Below are positions 9,419-19,961 of a DNA stretch of 64,000 nt, one piece after another. This DNA comes from Nitrososphaeraceae archaeon. Its GTDB lineage: Archaea > Thermoproteota > Nitrososphaeria > Nitrososphaerales > Nitrososphaeraceae. The position numbers and the translations under genes are program-made. How positions within the stretch are numbered: the first letter of the stretch is position 1; each line of letters opens with the position of its first letter. A model generated the notes under the pieces. The model saw only the letters and a program-made list of their open reading frames with translations. It was not told where the DNA came from and made no database searches. The stretch lies in contig DATGZA010000067.1 of the NCBI GenBank assembly GCA_035297365.1, positions 1-64,000 on the forward strand, given 5' to 3'.

Positions 9419-10493
9419 TATATACTTTCTGTAATACTTTCAGAAACCTATCATTCATTTCTTTCGTTCCAATTGTTACTCTAATATATCTTCCTTCTCT
9501 GCCTTCAATTTTTCCTAATGCTTTTACCCTGATTTTTTCCTTTTCTAATGTTTCTAGAATTGTGATATATTTATGAATATCTATGATCTGGATGAAAATA
9601 AAATTAGCATCGCTTTTAAAAACTCGGATTCGATTGTTTGTAGATTTCAAATAGTCATATATACGTTCTCTTTCCTTTTTAATTACTTTTACAACATCTT
9701 TAATATAGTCAGAATTTTTCAAAATTTCAGTGCCTATACCCAGCGATAAGGTATTAATAGGATAGGGGGATTGTATAACTGATTTGAAAATATTTGTAAA
9801 TTTCTCATTGGAAATACAATAACCCAATCTTGCCCCTGCCAAACCAACTGCTTTTGATAATGTCCTCAAAACTATGACATTGTCTTTTTTTATTATATTC
9901 GTAGCAATCGAATAATCAGCAAATTCTACATATGCCTCATCTATTATTATTAGCTTATCATCTAACTGATTAATAATTTCCAATAATTGTGCTTTTTCTA
10001 TCTGATTTCCTGTAGGATTATTTGGTGAACAAATATATATTATTTGAGATTTTTTTGCACTCTTGATGAATTCTGGTTTATCCAGAGAGTTATCTTCCTT
10101 TCGAAGGGGTACTTTATCTACTGCAACAGAATAAAGCTTACATCTATCTACAAAGTATGTAAATGTAGGAGTAAAAGTAGTTACTCGATTCTTTTTTCCA
10201 AAAATTGATAATACCAGATCTATTATCTGATCAGAACCATTGCCTATCGATAAATACTTTTTACTTATTTTTGTGTATTGTGATAATTGCATGTAGAAGT
10301 CTTCAACCTGCTGTAATGGGTATTCTCTTAGATCAACTTCTTTTGATACTTTTAATGAAATATCTCTAATGAAGTCACTTTTTAAAACAAGATTTTCATT
10401 AGAGTCTAGTTTTATTCCATCATTTTTTTTAGGTTTGATATATGCTTCAATTTTGACTAATTCATCAAATTTTTTTTCAAGCCAATTTTCCAT
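9411..10493 (-). CDS. hisC: Histidinol-phosphate aminotransferase
   Basis: LDSNEN, GNGSDQ, CSPNNPTG, DEAYVEF, RTLSKAVGLAGARLGY (PLP Lys), RVTIGT. Confidence 0.95.
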   Translation of the reverse strand: MENWLEKKFDELVKIEAYIKPKKNDGIKLDSNENLVLKSDFIRDISLKVSKEVDLREYPLQQVEDFYMQLSQYTKISKKYLSIGNGSDQIIDLVLSIFGKKNRVTTFTPTFTYFVDRCKLYSVAVDKVPLRKEDNSLDKPEFIKSAKKSQIIYICSPNNPTGNQIEKAQLLEIINQLDDKLIIIDEAYVEFADYSIATNIIKKDNVIVLRTLSKAVGLAGARLGYCISNEKFTNIFKSVIQSPYPINTLSLGIGTEILKNSDYIKDVVKVIKKERERIYDYLKSTNNRIRVFKSDANFIFIQIIDIHKYITILETLEKEKIRVKALGKIEGREGRYIRVTIGTKEMNDRFLKVLQKVYNV

Positions 10494-10507
10494 AACTAAT
10501 TTTCATC

Positions 10508-11827
10508 TCATTTTTTCTTTATTGTTTGTGAAATATCTGTGAGTCTTTCCTTAAATGCTTCATAATGATTGACAAGTCCTTCTTCTTGTGTTATTGTTTT
10601 GATAAAAGGTTCTATTTTTTTTAGGTCATTTTTGGTAGATTTTATAATAGTTGAAAACCTAATAAAGTCTAATACGGAAAGTGATGCACGCGATTTCCCA
10701 AAACCCATGGTAGGAAGAACGTGATTGGAGCCTAAACAATAATCGCTTGCAGATGAAGGTGTATTTTCGCCAATTAGTATTAGACCCGCAGAGTTAATTT
10801 TTCTTGATATATCTAACTCTTTTATAGACATAATTTGTAAATGTTCTGGAGCTATCTCATTAACAAAATCTATCGCTAAATCATCATTTTCAGCTATGGC
10901 AATAAATCCATTTTTATTTAAACTTTCTGAAACAAATTCTTTACGTGATATATTTTTTTTCAGAATTTTATTGACCTCATTTTGTACTTTATCAGCAAAT
11001 TCCAATGAATTTGTAACTACTCCACATAGTGTGTCTTTGCTGTGTTCTGCCTGAGAAACTAAATCTAACGCAACATACCTAGGATTCGTTTCTGAACTCG
11101 CATAAATAACCAATTCTGTTGGACCAGCCATCATATCTATTGATACTTTGTTTGAAACCAATAACTTTGCCATTGTAACGAAAATTCCTCCTGGTCCAAC
11201 TATTTTGTCAACACTCTTGATACTATGTGTACCAAAAGCTAATGCTGCTATACCTTGCGCTCCTCCTACCTTGTAAAATTCATTTATGCCACAAATATCT
11301 GCTGCAACCAATGTTAAAGGGTCTACATTTCCGTTCTTTTGTGGAGGAGAAATAGCCACAAGTCTTTTTACACCAGCCAGTTTTGCTGGTGTTGCACACA
11401 TAACCAATGTACTAGGATATCTTGCAAGTCCTCCTGGAATATAACAACCAACACTTGAAATTGGTTGAACAAATCGTTTAATCCTTCTATTGTTTGAATA
11501 TAAAGAGGATATTTTTTTAATATGTTCTAGAAAAATAATATCATTTTCAATTAACGTCTCTCTTATTTTGTATATAGTTTTAACTTGTTCATCTGTGACT
11601 TGTTCGTAAGCGTCTTTTATTTCATCTTTATTTACTCTTATTGAATCAATCATAACTCTGTCATATTCTTCTGTGTATTTTTTAAGAGCATGATCTCCAT
11701 CCTTCCTTACATTACCTATTATTTCTCCTATCTTTTTGGTAATCTCTTCAGAAAAATTATCGATTGTATTATATCTTATATTCTCTACATCATCTTTAGG
11801 ATTTTTGATAATTATTTTTTTAATCAA
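10508..11827 (-). CDS. hisD: Histidinol dehydrogenase
   Basis: GCYIPGG, GGAQGIAALAFG, KIVGPG, IDMMAGPTE, SQAEH, APEHL, GSNHVLPT. Confidence 0.97.
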   Translation of the reverse strand: MIKKIIIKNPKDDVENIRYNTIDNFSEEITKKIGEIIGNVRKDGDHALKKYTEEYDRVMIDSIRVNKDEIKDAYEQVTDEQVKTIYKIRETLIENDIIFLEHIKKISSLYSNNRRIKRFVQPISSVGCYIPGGLARYPSTLVMCATPAKLAGVKRLVAISPPQKNGNVDPLTLVAADICGINEFYKVGGAQGIAALAFGTHSIKSVDKIVGPGGIFVTMAKLLVSNKVSIDMMAGPTELVIYASSETNPRYVALDLVSQAEHSKDTLCGVVTNSLEFADKVQNEVNKILKKNISRKEFVSESLNKNGFIAIAENDDLAIDFVNEIAPEHLQIMSIKELDISRKINSAGLILIGENTPSSASDYCLGSNHVLPTMGFGKSRASLSVLDFIRFSTIIKSTKNDLKKIEPFIKTITQEEGLVNHYEAFKERLTDISQTIKKK

Positions 11828-12811
11828 CTAACTATCTTCTTTATCTATCTTTATTTCTTCAAAAGGCAATATCTGTGTTGGTTGTAGTACTACCAATCCT
11901 TGAGCAATTTTTCTCATAACTGGAACAATTTTTATGAATTCATTCTTATCGATTATTGTATTAACTCCGTACCACCCTTCCTCACTCAAAGCACTGATTG
12001 TTGGACGTTTCAATGCGGGCAGTCTACCAAGTAGCTCATCTAAATTCTCCTTCTTGACATTTACAAAAATATGAAGTTTTTTTCTTGCTTCGACAACTCC
12101 TCTCAACAAGGCGATCATATCTATAATTTTTTCTCTTTTTTTATCGTCTTGTATAGACTGTTTGTTCGCTATAACAACAGAACTTGATTCCATTATATTA
12201 TCTATTATTTTTAGATTATTTTGGATCAAAGTTGTTCCAGTTTCTGTAATATCGCATATTGCATCAACATCCTCAGGCGGTTTAGCCTCCGTTGCGCCAA
12301 AAGAAAGGAAAATTTCTACATTCTTATTTTCTCCAATTCTTATCCATGGTGTAATTATCATTGGATCACTATCTCCATAATATTTTTTATATGCTGAATT
12401 GGATTTTATATGATCTGCTATTGTTGTAAGGTATTCAGAAGATATTCTTAAGGGTTTTTTGTTTTTTGCATATTCAGCGATCATATCATCCAAATTGTTA
12501 AACTGAAAATTTTCAGGAATTGCAATCACCTGTTTAACTTTGCCATACTCTAAATCTAGCAATATTTTTACATCCGCTCTTGCTTCCTTTATCCAGTCCT
12601 TTCCAGTGATACCTATATCGTATAGTCCTTCTTGTACATAAGTGGGAATTTCCTGTGGTCTTAGAAGTTTAACCTCTATTTCAGGATCACTCAGTTTTAT
12701 TCTATATGTTCTTGATTTGCCACTGACTTTTTGCCAAGCCTCTTCTAATATCTTAAAAGTTGCCTCTTCAATAGTTCCCTTTGGTACAGCGAATTTAACT
12801 ACAGCAGGCAT
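11828..12811 (-). CDS. hisG: ATP phosphoribosyltransferase (long form)
   Basis: AVPKG, RPQEIP, DIGITGKD, GATE, DITETGTTL, C-terminal regulatory domain PALKRPTIS. Confidence 0.96.
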   Translation of the reverse strand: MPAVVKFAVPKGTIEEATFKILEEAWQKVSGKSRTYRIKLSDPEIEVKLLRPQEIPTYVQEGLYDIGITGKDWIKEARADVKILLDLEYGKVKQVIAIPENFQFNNLDDMIAEYAKNKKPLRISSEYLTTIADHIKSNSAYKKYYGDSDPMIITPWIRIGENKNVEIFLSFGATEAKPPEDVDAICDITETGTTLIQNNLKIIDNIMESSSVVIANKQSIQDDKKREKIIDMIALLRGVVEARKKLHIFVNVKKENLDELLGRLPALKRPTISALSEEGWYGVNTIIDKNEFIKIVPVMRKIAQGLVVLQPTQILPFEEIKIDKEDS

Positions 12812-12868
12812 AAATGTACAAGGAAAAATTGTTTATCCGATATATATCTAATTATCTAATTGTTGAGA

Positions 12869-14194
12869 CTAAATTCTGTTTGAATTCAATAATTCAATTA
12901 TCTCTTTAGCCTTGCTTACACTAACATTTTTTTCTTTTATTAGTCTTTCAGCTATAAGACACACTTGATTTTCTTCTGCTCCAGCTGTAAGAGCTATATT
13001 TCTCGCATGTAATTTCATATGACCCTCCTGAATTCCTTCATTAGCCAATGCCCTGATAGCGGCAAAATTTTGAGCCAAACCTATTGCAACAAAAATCAAT
13101 GCAAGTTCCTTGACATTTTTTATATCCAGAATCTTTAATACAACTTTTACTATTGGATGTACCGATACTATTCCTCCAATAATTCCAATAGCCATAGGTA
13201 TCTCTATTTCTCCAACCAAGTCTCCATCTTTAGATTTATACCATTTTGTTAATGATCTATACTTTCCATCTCTTGCAGCATATGCATGTATAGACGCTTC
13301 AAGAGCTCGAAAATCTTGTCCAGTTGCTATTGCTAAAGCATCAATACCATTCATTATCCCCTTATTATGAGTAACTGCTCGAAATGTATCAGAATATGCG
13401 AAAGCATAAGCTAAGAGAATTCTATTTACGCCTTCAGATCCACCTATCATCTCTTTGGGAAAAGTTGCTTTACATCTTGCCAATCTATTTACAGAATAAT
13501 TTGATAATATTTTGAGAACTACTTCTCCATTGGATAATTTTTCAATCTTCGGAGCAATCGATTCACACATAGTATTGATAACATTAGCCCCCATCGCATC
13601 TTTTGTATCAACTATTAATTCTATTATTATCATATAACCCATATTGTTAATACTCTCATCTAATATCTCGCGAACCTGAATATCTTTAGCTACTACAGTT
13701 CTACTGCTCAAATTTGCGATCTTTAAAAGTTCCTCTTTATTATCTGTAATTATTTTTTTTACACGTTCTCTCTCCTTCTTACTTGCAAATAGATCTTTGT
13801 GATTCCTCTTTCTTGCTACTAGCTGAATTTGTCCTATCATTATTGATTCATCAGCTTCAGCTATGAAACCTCCTCGCATATTGGCGATCTTAGCCGCATT
13901 ACTTGCCGCGGCAATAACTGAAGGTTCTTCTATCGAAACTGGTATCAAATATTTTTTTCCATTAATTACAAAATTCGTAGCAATTCCTAATGGAATCGGT
14001 ATTATTCCTATTGCATTCTCTACCATATTGTTAATTTTGTTAAAAGAAAAATTTTTGGGCAAATCTTTTAATAATTGTAAATCCTTTTTTTTTATTTTAG
14101 TTTCATTTTGAATATAATCTAGTCTCTCATCCAGATCTAATTCATAAAATTTTTTTAATGAATTATTGTTTCGCTGCATTTTATCTTTTTTCAC
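12869..14194 (-). CDS. hmgA: HMG-CoA reductase, class II (bacterial type)
   Basis: ENAIG, EEPSVIAA, DAMGAN, THNKGIMNGI, GQDFRALEA, GIQEGHMKLH. Confidence 0.93.
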   Translation of the reverse strand: MKKDKMQRNNNSLKKFYELDLDERLDYIQNETKIKKKDLQLLKDLPKNFSFNKINNMVENAIGIIPIPLGIATNFVINGKKYLIPVSIEEPSVIAAASNAAKIANMRGGFIAEADESIMIGQIQLVARKRNHKDLFASKKERERVKKIITDNKEELLKIANLSSRTVVAKDIQVREILDESINNMGYMIIIELIVDTKDAMGANVINTMCESIAPKIEKLSNGEVVLKILSNYSVNRLARCKATFPKEMIGGSEGVNRILLAYAFAYSDTFRAVTHNKGIMNGIDALAIATGQDFRALEASIHAYAARDGKYRSLTKWYKSKDGDLVGEIEIPMAIGIIGGIVSVHPIVKVVLKILDIKNVKELALIFVAIGLAQNFAAIRALANEGIQEGHMKLHARNIALTAGAEENQVCLIAERLIKEKNVSVSKAKEIIELLNSNRI

Positions 14195-14201
14195 AAATTA
14201 A

Positions 14202-15311
14202 CTAAGGTTTGAGTATTTTTAAAATCTTATCGTCGTTGTCTTGAGGAATACCTCTTCCATCCGTGTTACTTGTCAAAATGTATAAAGAACCATCATTTCC
14301 CTCAACTACGTCTCTTAGCCTTCCATAACCTACCAATACGTTATTCTGTTCATGTGAATCGATGTCTATTTGCCTTAAATGAGATCCCTTTAAGGTAGTG
14401 ATGATAAGATCATTTTTATATCCTAATTTATTGGATGATGCAAAAGTTATTCCACTAGGTGCTATGGCGGGATTAAAGCAGAAAATAGCCTTTTCAAAAT
14501 CCTTTGTTCCTTCACATTTTACGTTAGGCCATCCGTAATTTTTTCCTGGTATTATTAAATTTATTTCATCAAAACCAGATGGACCATGTTCGGATACATA
14601 CATACTTTTGTTTTCTGGATCCCATGAAATTCCTTGAATGTTTCTATGTCCCAGTGAATATACAGGTGAATTCTTGAAAGGATTATCTTCTGGAATTGTT
14701 CCGTCTAAATTAACACGTAATATCTTGCCGGCAAGTGAAGAAAGATTTTGTGCAAGCTGTGGGTTCGAAGCATCTCCTGTTGGGATATATAATTTATTGT
14801 CTGGTCCAATCTTTATTCTTCCTCCGTTATTATATAAAGATCCTGGTATAGAATCAATTATTATTTTTGAATCTATAATTTTGTTATCTTTTTCTTTTAA
14901 AAGAAGCACTTTGTTAAAGAGCTCGTTTCCATTGGTATAAGTATGATAAATATACATTAGATGATTCTCAGTAAAATTAGGATGTAATACAATTCCTAAT
15001 AGCCCCGAACCTCCCTTTTGTTCTACTCTTATGAATGCAACTGGTTCGTCAAGAATATTTCCATTAGTATCTATCGTCCGTATTTTTCCATCTCTTTCGG
15101 TAAAAAAAATCCTATTATCTTTAGATATATCAATGGCCCAGGGAGAGTTTAGATTTTCTGCAATGATCTCTATTCCCTTATTGGAGCCAGTTTTATTTAG
15201 TAATGATTCTGGTTCTGGTAGAGGAATAGTAGTGTCAGATGGTGTCATAAGAATTGTTACAATACCAACCATTGCCACAAATATCGCTATAATAAATAAT
15301 CTTTTATCCAT
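14202..15311 (-). CDS. Membrane-anchored PQQ-dependent sugar dehydrogenase (GSDH/Asd family)
   Basis: N-terminal TM; PWAI, FFTERDGKI, GLLGIVLHPNF, NGGRIKIGPD, GHRNIQG, EHGP..DEIN, NYGWP, GRLRDV. Confidence 0.9.
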   Translation of the reverse strand: MDKRLFIIAIFVAMVGIVTILMTPSDTTIPLPEPESLLNKTGSNKGIEIIAENLNSPWAIDISKDNRIFFTERDGKIRTIDTNGNILDEPVAFIRVEQKGGSGLLGIVLHPNFTENHLMYIYHTYTNGNELFNKVLLLKEKDNKIIDSKIIIDSIPGSLYNNGGRIKIGPDNKLYIPTGDASNPQLAQNLSSLAGKILRVNLDGTIPEDNPFKNSPVYSLGHRNIQGISWDPENKSMYVSEHGPSGFDEINLIIPGKNYGWPNVKCEGTKDFEKAIFCFNPAIAPSGITFASSNKLGYKNDLIITTLKGSHLRQIDIDSHEQNNVLVGYGRLRDVVEGNDGSLYILTSNTDGRGIPQDNDDKILKILKP

Positions 15312-15409
15312 TTTTTAAACTGATTAATATAGACGTTATCTGAAGCATAATAAATTTCATTTTCAAAAATCATAATTCATCTATCCAGAAAATCATTTTT
15401 AAAAAAAAG

Positions 15410-15533
15410 CGCAGATGAGGAGATTTGAACTCCTGCTCGCCCGAAGGCGAATCGGCTTGCTCTTAACCTTGAAGATTACTCAAGGCCGACGCATTATTGT
15501 GTTCCTAATGGAAGACCACTCTGCCACATCTGC
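15410..15533 (-). tRNA. tRNA-Ser(TGA) with two introns (D-loop ~15497-15513; canonical 37/38 at 15458-15478)
   Basis: Reverse complement: GCAGATG acceptor, GGCAGAGTGGTC[17 nt]TAATGCG, TCGGC-CT-TGA-G[21 nt]A-GCCGA, long variable arm TCGCCTTCGGGCGA, TTCAAAT T-loop, G73 discriminator. No CCA is encoded. Confidence 0.9.
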
Positions 15534-15909
15534 ACAACAAATAAGCTAAATTACTTATTATTATATTTTAATGATATACTTTATCAAAGCCGATTGATAT
15601 TTATTTTATTTCAAATATATTCAAAAACTGTGAATATTAAAAAAGTAGAATAGTACTATTGATAACTACTGTCCCATTTTCAATTTAAATGTTGAAAATC
15701 AAAATAAATGTATATTGTTGTCTAAATTAAAAAATATAAGATAGTGATTCATAGGATTATCAAATTTTGGTCTATCATTGATAATTTTAATTTATAAACA
15801 TGGACTAACATCTACTAATGTGTATATCAGCTCGAAACAAAGTAAATAAACATATATTGATGTTCATTACAAAAACTTAATTACTTTAAATAATCAGCTA
15901 AAATATAAA

Positions 15910-17043
15910 ATGATTCCAATTAATAGACCATGGATTGATGATGAAGAGAAACAAGAAGTTATGCGGGTTCTTGATGAAAATATTCTTACAAGTGCATCTA
16001 GAGAAGGTGGCAAGAGAGTACAAGAATTTGAATTATCTCTGAGAGGTTTTTTGAACGTCAAGCATGTGATTTCTGTAAATTCTGGTACAGCTGCTTTACA
16101 TGCTTCTTTACTTGCTATAGGTATTAACCCTGGAGATGAAGTGTTACTTCCATCATTTACATTTGTAGCTACCGCAAATTCTGTTATTGCAGCAGGTGCA
16201 AAACCAGTTTTTGTGGATATTAATAAAAAAGATTATACAATTGATATTCCAGACTTAAAGAAAAAAATTACTAAGAATACAAAGGCCGTGATTCCTGTTC
16301 ATTTATATGGTCATCCAGCTGATTTAGATGAACTGACAGAAATTTCAAAACAAAATTCTTTCGACATTATAGAAGATGCTTGTCAATCTTTAGGTTCTAC
16401 TTATAAAAATAAACAAACTGGAACCTTTGGTAAATTAGGATGTTTCAGTTTTTATGCTAGTAAGGTTTTAACAGCCGGAGAAGGAGGAGCAATTGTAACA
16501 AACGATGATGAAATTGCAGACACATTAAAAATGATAAGAAATCATGGAATGGTCGAAGGGTATGATACACGTATTCCTGGATTTAATTATCGACTTCCCG
16601 AACTAAGCGCTGCTCTTGCAAAGATGCAAATGAGGAAAATAAACCAAATATTAGAAATTCGAAGAAGAAATTCTCAATTATTGTCCAATTTCATTGAAAA
16701 ATCAATTTCAAATTTTCAAGTATTAAATACTCCTAAAGAAAATAATACCAAAAAATTTAATTGGTATCTTTATACATTGGGTTTCATCGGAAAAAACAGT
16801 TCTGAATTAAGGGAACATATAAAGAAAAAGATGATTGAACGTGGAATAGGCGTTTCAGTATACTACGATCCTTCAGTTCATCTTACTCCATATTATAAAC
16901 AATTTAGTATTCAAGGAAGTCTGCCCAATACTGAATCAGCTAGTAAAACAGTATTATCATTTCCTGTACATCCATATGTTACAGAAACTGATGTTGAAAA
17001 TATGGTAAATATATTAAAGGGAGAATTATCAAATTTTATTTGA
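15910..17043 (+). CDS. DegT/DnrJ/EryC1/StrS family sugar aminotransferase
   Basis: NSGTAALH, FTFVAT, PVHLYG, IEDACQS, FSFYASKVLTAGEGG, GFNYRL. Confidence 0.93.
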   Translation: MIPINRPWIDDEEKQEVMRVLDENILTSASREGGKRVQEFELSLRGFLNVKHVISVNSGTAALHASLLAIGINPGDEVLLPSFTFVATANSVIAAGAKPVFVDINKKDYTIDIPDLKKKITKNTKAVIPVHLYGHPADLDELTEISKQNSFDIIEDACQSLGSTYKNKQTGTFGKLGCFSFYASKVLTAGEGGAIVTNDDEIADTLKMIRNHGMVEGYDTRIPGFNYRLPELSAALAKMQMRKINQILEIRRRNSQLLSNFIEKSISNFQVLNTPKENNTKKFNWYLYTLGFIGKNSSELREHIKKKMIERGIGVSVYYDPSVHLTPYYKQFSIQGSLPNTESASKTVLSFPVHPYVTETDVENMVNILKGELSNFI

Positions 17044-17130
17044 TTTTTTTTAATAATTTATAATTATTAATTGGTATAGAACCAAAAATTATTTTTTATT
17101 TTGAAAGAACAAACTTTTTTATAATACTAT

Positions 17131-18378
17131 GTGGATTATGCAACAGGAATGGCATTAGATACTGGTGATACTGCATGGATGATTGTTGCAACAGGTCTTG
17201 TAATGTTGATGACACCCGGGCTGGGATTCTTTGAAGCTGGTTTAATAAGATTCAAAAATGGTCTTTCGGCAATTATGCACACATTTTCTGGATTAGCAAT
17301 CGTTTCAACTCTCTGGTTTATCGTTGGATTCACGCTAACCTTTGGACCCGATCAAGGAGGCTTAATAGGAGGTCTAGATCATGTCTTCTATCATGGCGTC
17401 GGGACTCACGAAGCATTTAGTGATCTTGTTCCAACAATTCCAGGAGTAACCTTCGCTACATATCAGATGATGTTCGCGGTAATTACTCCGCTTTTAATAT
17501 CCGGTGCATATGCAGAGAGACTAAGATATAGCGCATTTTTCATCTTTACAGTGGCTTGGAGCTTGTTTGTCTACTTCCCACTGGCGCATTGGATCTGGGG
17601 AGGAGGATGGCTTGCACAACTAGGAGTATGGGACTTTGCAGGGGGTATAGTTATACATACTAGTGCTGGTATGGCTTCTCTTGCGGCCGGACTTGTACTT
17701 GGAAGAAGGAAGAACTTTGGTCCACAAATAATGATACCACATAATCTGCCTTTAGCTGTAATAGGAGCAACAATGCTGTGGCTTGGTTGGTTTGGATTCA
17801 ATGCGGGTAGTGCATTAGCGGCAAATGGTGTTGCAGGACAAGCTTTACTAAACTCTCAAATTGCTGCTTCTCTGTGTACGTTAGTTTGGCTGTTCTTGTC
17901 ATGGAAGCGGTCCGGAAAACCATCTGTAGCTGCTGTTATCAACGGTGCAATCTCGGGACTTGCAGGAATTACTCCAGCTGCAGGATACATAACGGGAGAA
18001 GCATCATTTGTACTAGGAATAGTTCTTGGTTTCGGATCTTACTATGGTATAGTGTTCTTCAAGGAGAGACTAAAAATAGATGATGCATTGGATGTAAGTT
18101 CAGTTCACGGTGTAACAGGTATACTCGGAGCACTAGCAATCGGTATAGCCGCTACTCCAGCTATATATCCTAATGGACCTGTAGGCTGGCTATATGGAAA
18201 TCCAGCTCAATTGGGTATACAAGCATTCGGTATCCTCGTGGCGGCAGCATTTGGATTCGCAGTAACATATGCAATATTCAAGATATTAGATAAGATAACC
18301 AGACTAAGAGTATCAGATGATGAAGAAGAAGCAGGCCTAGATATAACACAACATGCAGAGAAGTCGTTCAACGACTAA
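17131..18378 (+). CDS. amt: Ammonium transporter (Amt)
   Basis: DTAW, MTPGL, YQMMFAVIT, HWIWGGGWL, DFAGGIVIH, WLGWFGFNAGS, DDALDVSSVHG (twin His), EEEAGLD. The start may be the ATG at 17149. Confidence 0.97.
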   Translation: MDYATGMALDTGDTAWMIVATGLVMLMTPGLGFFEAGLIRFKNGLSAIMHTFSGLAIVSTLWFIVGFTLTFGPDQGGLIGGLDHVFYHGVGTHEAFSDLVPTIPGVTFATYQMMFAVITPLLISGAYAERLRYSAFFIFTVAWSLFVYFPLAHWIWGGGWLAQLGVWDFAGGIVIHTSAGMASLAAGLVLGRRKNFGPQIMIPHNLPLAVIGATMLWLGWFGFNAGSALAANGVAGQALLNSQIAASLCTLVWLFLSWKRSGKPSVAAVINGAISGLAGITPAAGYITGEASFVLGIVLGFGSYYGIVFFKERLKIDDALDVSSVHGVTGILGALAIGIAATPAIYPNGPVGWLYGNPAQLGIQAFGILVAAAFGFAVTYAIFKILDKITRLRVSDDEEEAGLDITQHAEKSFND

Positions 18379-18383
18379 TCCTC

Positions 18384-18390
18384 TTTTTTT
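18384..18390 (+). terminator. Oligo-T archaeal terminator candidate after amt
   Basis: T7 tract 6 nt after the stop codon. Confidence 0.45.
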
Positions 18391-18555
18391 ATTTCATTAT
18401 AAAAATAATATTGCAATAATTTTTTAATCTAAAATTATTAAAACGTTTCTCGATTCATTTTGAACTATTTATATTTCTAGGTTCTTTAACTCCTGTCAAA
18501 TTTTATTTCACATATGATTTATATAATATACTATCATGGATAAATTCAGATATAA

Positions 18556-19092
18556 ATGCCAATAGATCCAGAATTTCCAAACAATTATCAAGTAATTGGT
18601 AAGATCAAATTAGGTGAAGGTGAACAATTCCACTTCAGATGGGGACCAGGTAAACAGGCAGAAGCAGCAGAAAATGAAGAAGTAAAGGCAGCGTATACTG
18701 CACGTGGAGAGGAACAAGTTCCATTGGGTGTAAGTGGTACAATGGTAGCCGTTGATTGGGATTCATGTGTTGCAGATGGTGCATGCATCGAGGCCTGTCC
18801 GGTTCAAGTATTTCAATGGTATAGAACTGAACATGATGTTCCTGCGAAAGATGCTCATGAACAACCCTGGGAAGGAACAGGTTCTTCTGTTAAAGAAGAG
18901 AGAAAGGATTACACCGATAAAGCAGATCCAATTAGAGAACATGATTGTATATGGTGTATGGCATGTGTTTCAGTATGTCCTCCTCAAGCAATTAAAGTAG
19001 ATCAATCCTCTCTAGAATTCCATGAAAAGGCATCTGGAACCTTCAACGAATCACTTTCAAAAGGAAGCGCTCCACCACCGCACGCTCACTAA
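18556..19092 (+). CDS. Dicluster ferredoxin, Zfx (zinc-ferredoxin)-like
   Basis: CVADGACIEACP and CIWCMACVSVCP cluster motifs; MPIDP..WGP..LGVSGTMVAVD N-terminal extension typical of Zfx. Confidence 0.9.
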   Translation: MPIDPEFPNNYQVIGKIKLGEGEQFHFRWGPGKQAEAAENEEVKAAYTARGEEQVPLGVSGTMVAVDWDSCVADGACIEACPVQVFQWYRTEHDVPAKDAHEQPWEGTGSSVKEERKDYTDKADPIREHDCIWCMACVSVCPPQAIKVDQSSLEFHEKASGTFNESLSKGSAPPPHAH

Positions 19093-19096
19093 ATTC

Positions 19097-19104
19097 TTTT
19101 TTTT
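19097..19104 (+). terminator. Oligo-T terminator candidate after ferredoxin
   Basis: T8 tract 5 nt after the stop codon. Confidence 0.45.
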
Positions 19105-19293
19105 ATTTCGACATAAATAATAAATTAGAAATAGATTAAGGCTATCGTTATATAAACAGAATAATTTATTTTTAACAAATGTCATCGATTGCTTGTTTCT
19201 TATTACCTCATAAAAATTAAATAGGCATATGTTCTTCTTTTAGGAGTATATCCCTTTTAGGTGTTAGTGTTGGTTGTAGTTACTGATTCATAT

Positions 19294-19863
19294 ATGGGAA
19301 TTTTTTTGCCTAGTGATTTAAGTACAAGACTCTCTGATTTTATAAATAAAAAGCGGGAATTTCCATTTATAGAAAAAGACGAAATAATAGGTACATACTA
19401 TTTGTTTGGCAAAAATCATAAAATTACGGAATCATTGGACATATTATCAGTTCATAGTATTGCAAAAAAAACAATGGAACGAACATTAAGCAATATTAAA
19501 ATTTTTAAAAGTTTCCAGCATACAAAAATTAATTCTGATTTTATTAGGGAAGGATACATAAAGAGAATATTGCAGATATCTATCGAAAATAAAGAATTTA
19601 ATTATCAAAAAATGGATATGCGTATTTTAAGAGATCCTACTATCCTGTCAAGCTGTTTTGAACAACATATTGTTTATTATAAACAAGACTACTTTTTTCA
19701 TTTAATCAAACAACCATTAGAAAAGTCAATAATACCATCTAATTTGGTGGATAAACTTGAAGGAAGAATGTTGATGGTTGGATACAATGTCTCAGATGAT
19801 CAAAAGCTACAATATGCAAACATACTTGAACCTTTTTTTGAATGGCTACAAAAGATCGATTAA
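19294..19863 (+). CDS. Hypothetical protein
   Basis: Long ORF filling the gap; ATG at 19294 preferred over GTG at 19261; no recognised motif. Confidence 0.7.
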   Translation: MGIFLPSDLSTRLSDFINKKREFPFIEKDEIIGTYYLFGKNHKITESLDILSVHSIAKKTMERTLSNIKIFKSFQHTKINSDFIREGYIKRILQISIENKEFNYQKMDMRILRDPTILSSCFEQHIVYYKQDYFFHLIKQPLEKSIIPSNLVDKLEGRMLMVGYNVSDDQKLQYANILEPFFEWLQKID

Positions 19864-19961
19864 TAAAAATTATAGACAGAATTTAAATTTTAATTTATTT
19901 AATTGATATATCATTTAATGATCCGTATTAAATTTAAAAGTTAAAATTTATGATTCTCTCT

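Noticed and set aside
3263-15318. Many plus-strand ORFs of 60-170 aa opposite the antiporter, his, hmgA and PQQ genes
   Set aside because: Antisense shadows of well-supported genes, with no motifs.
15455-15485. Alternative reading of the tRNA as Leu (TAA/CAA/GAG triplets within the region)
   Set aside because: TCGGC-CTTGAGA-GCCGA gives a correct 7-nt loop with anticodon TGA, and G73 fits Ser.
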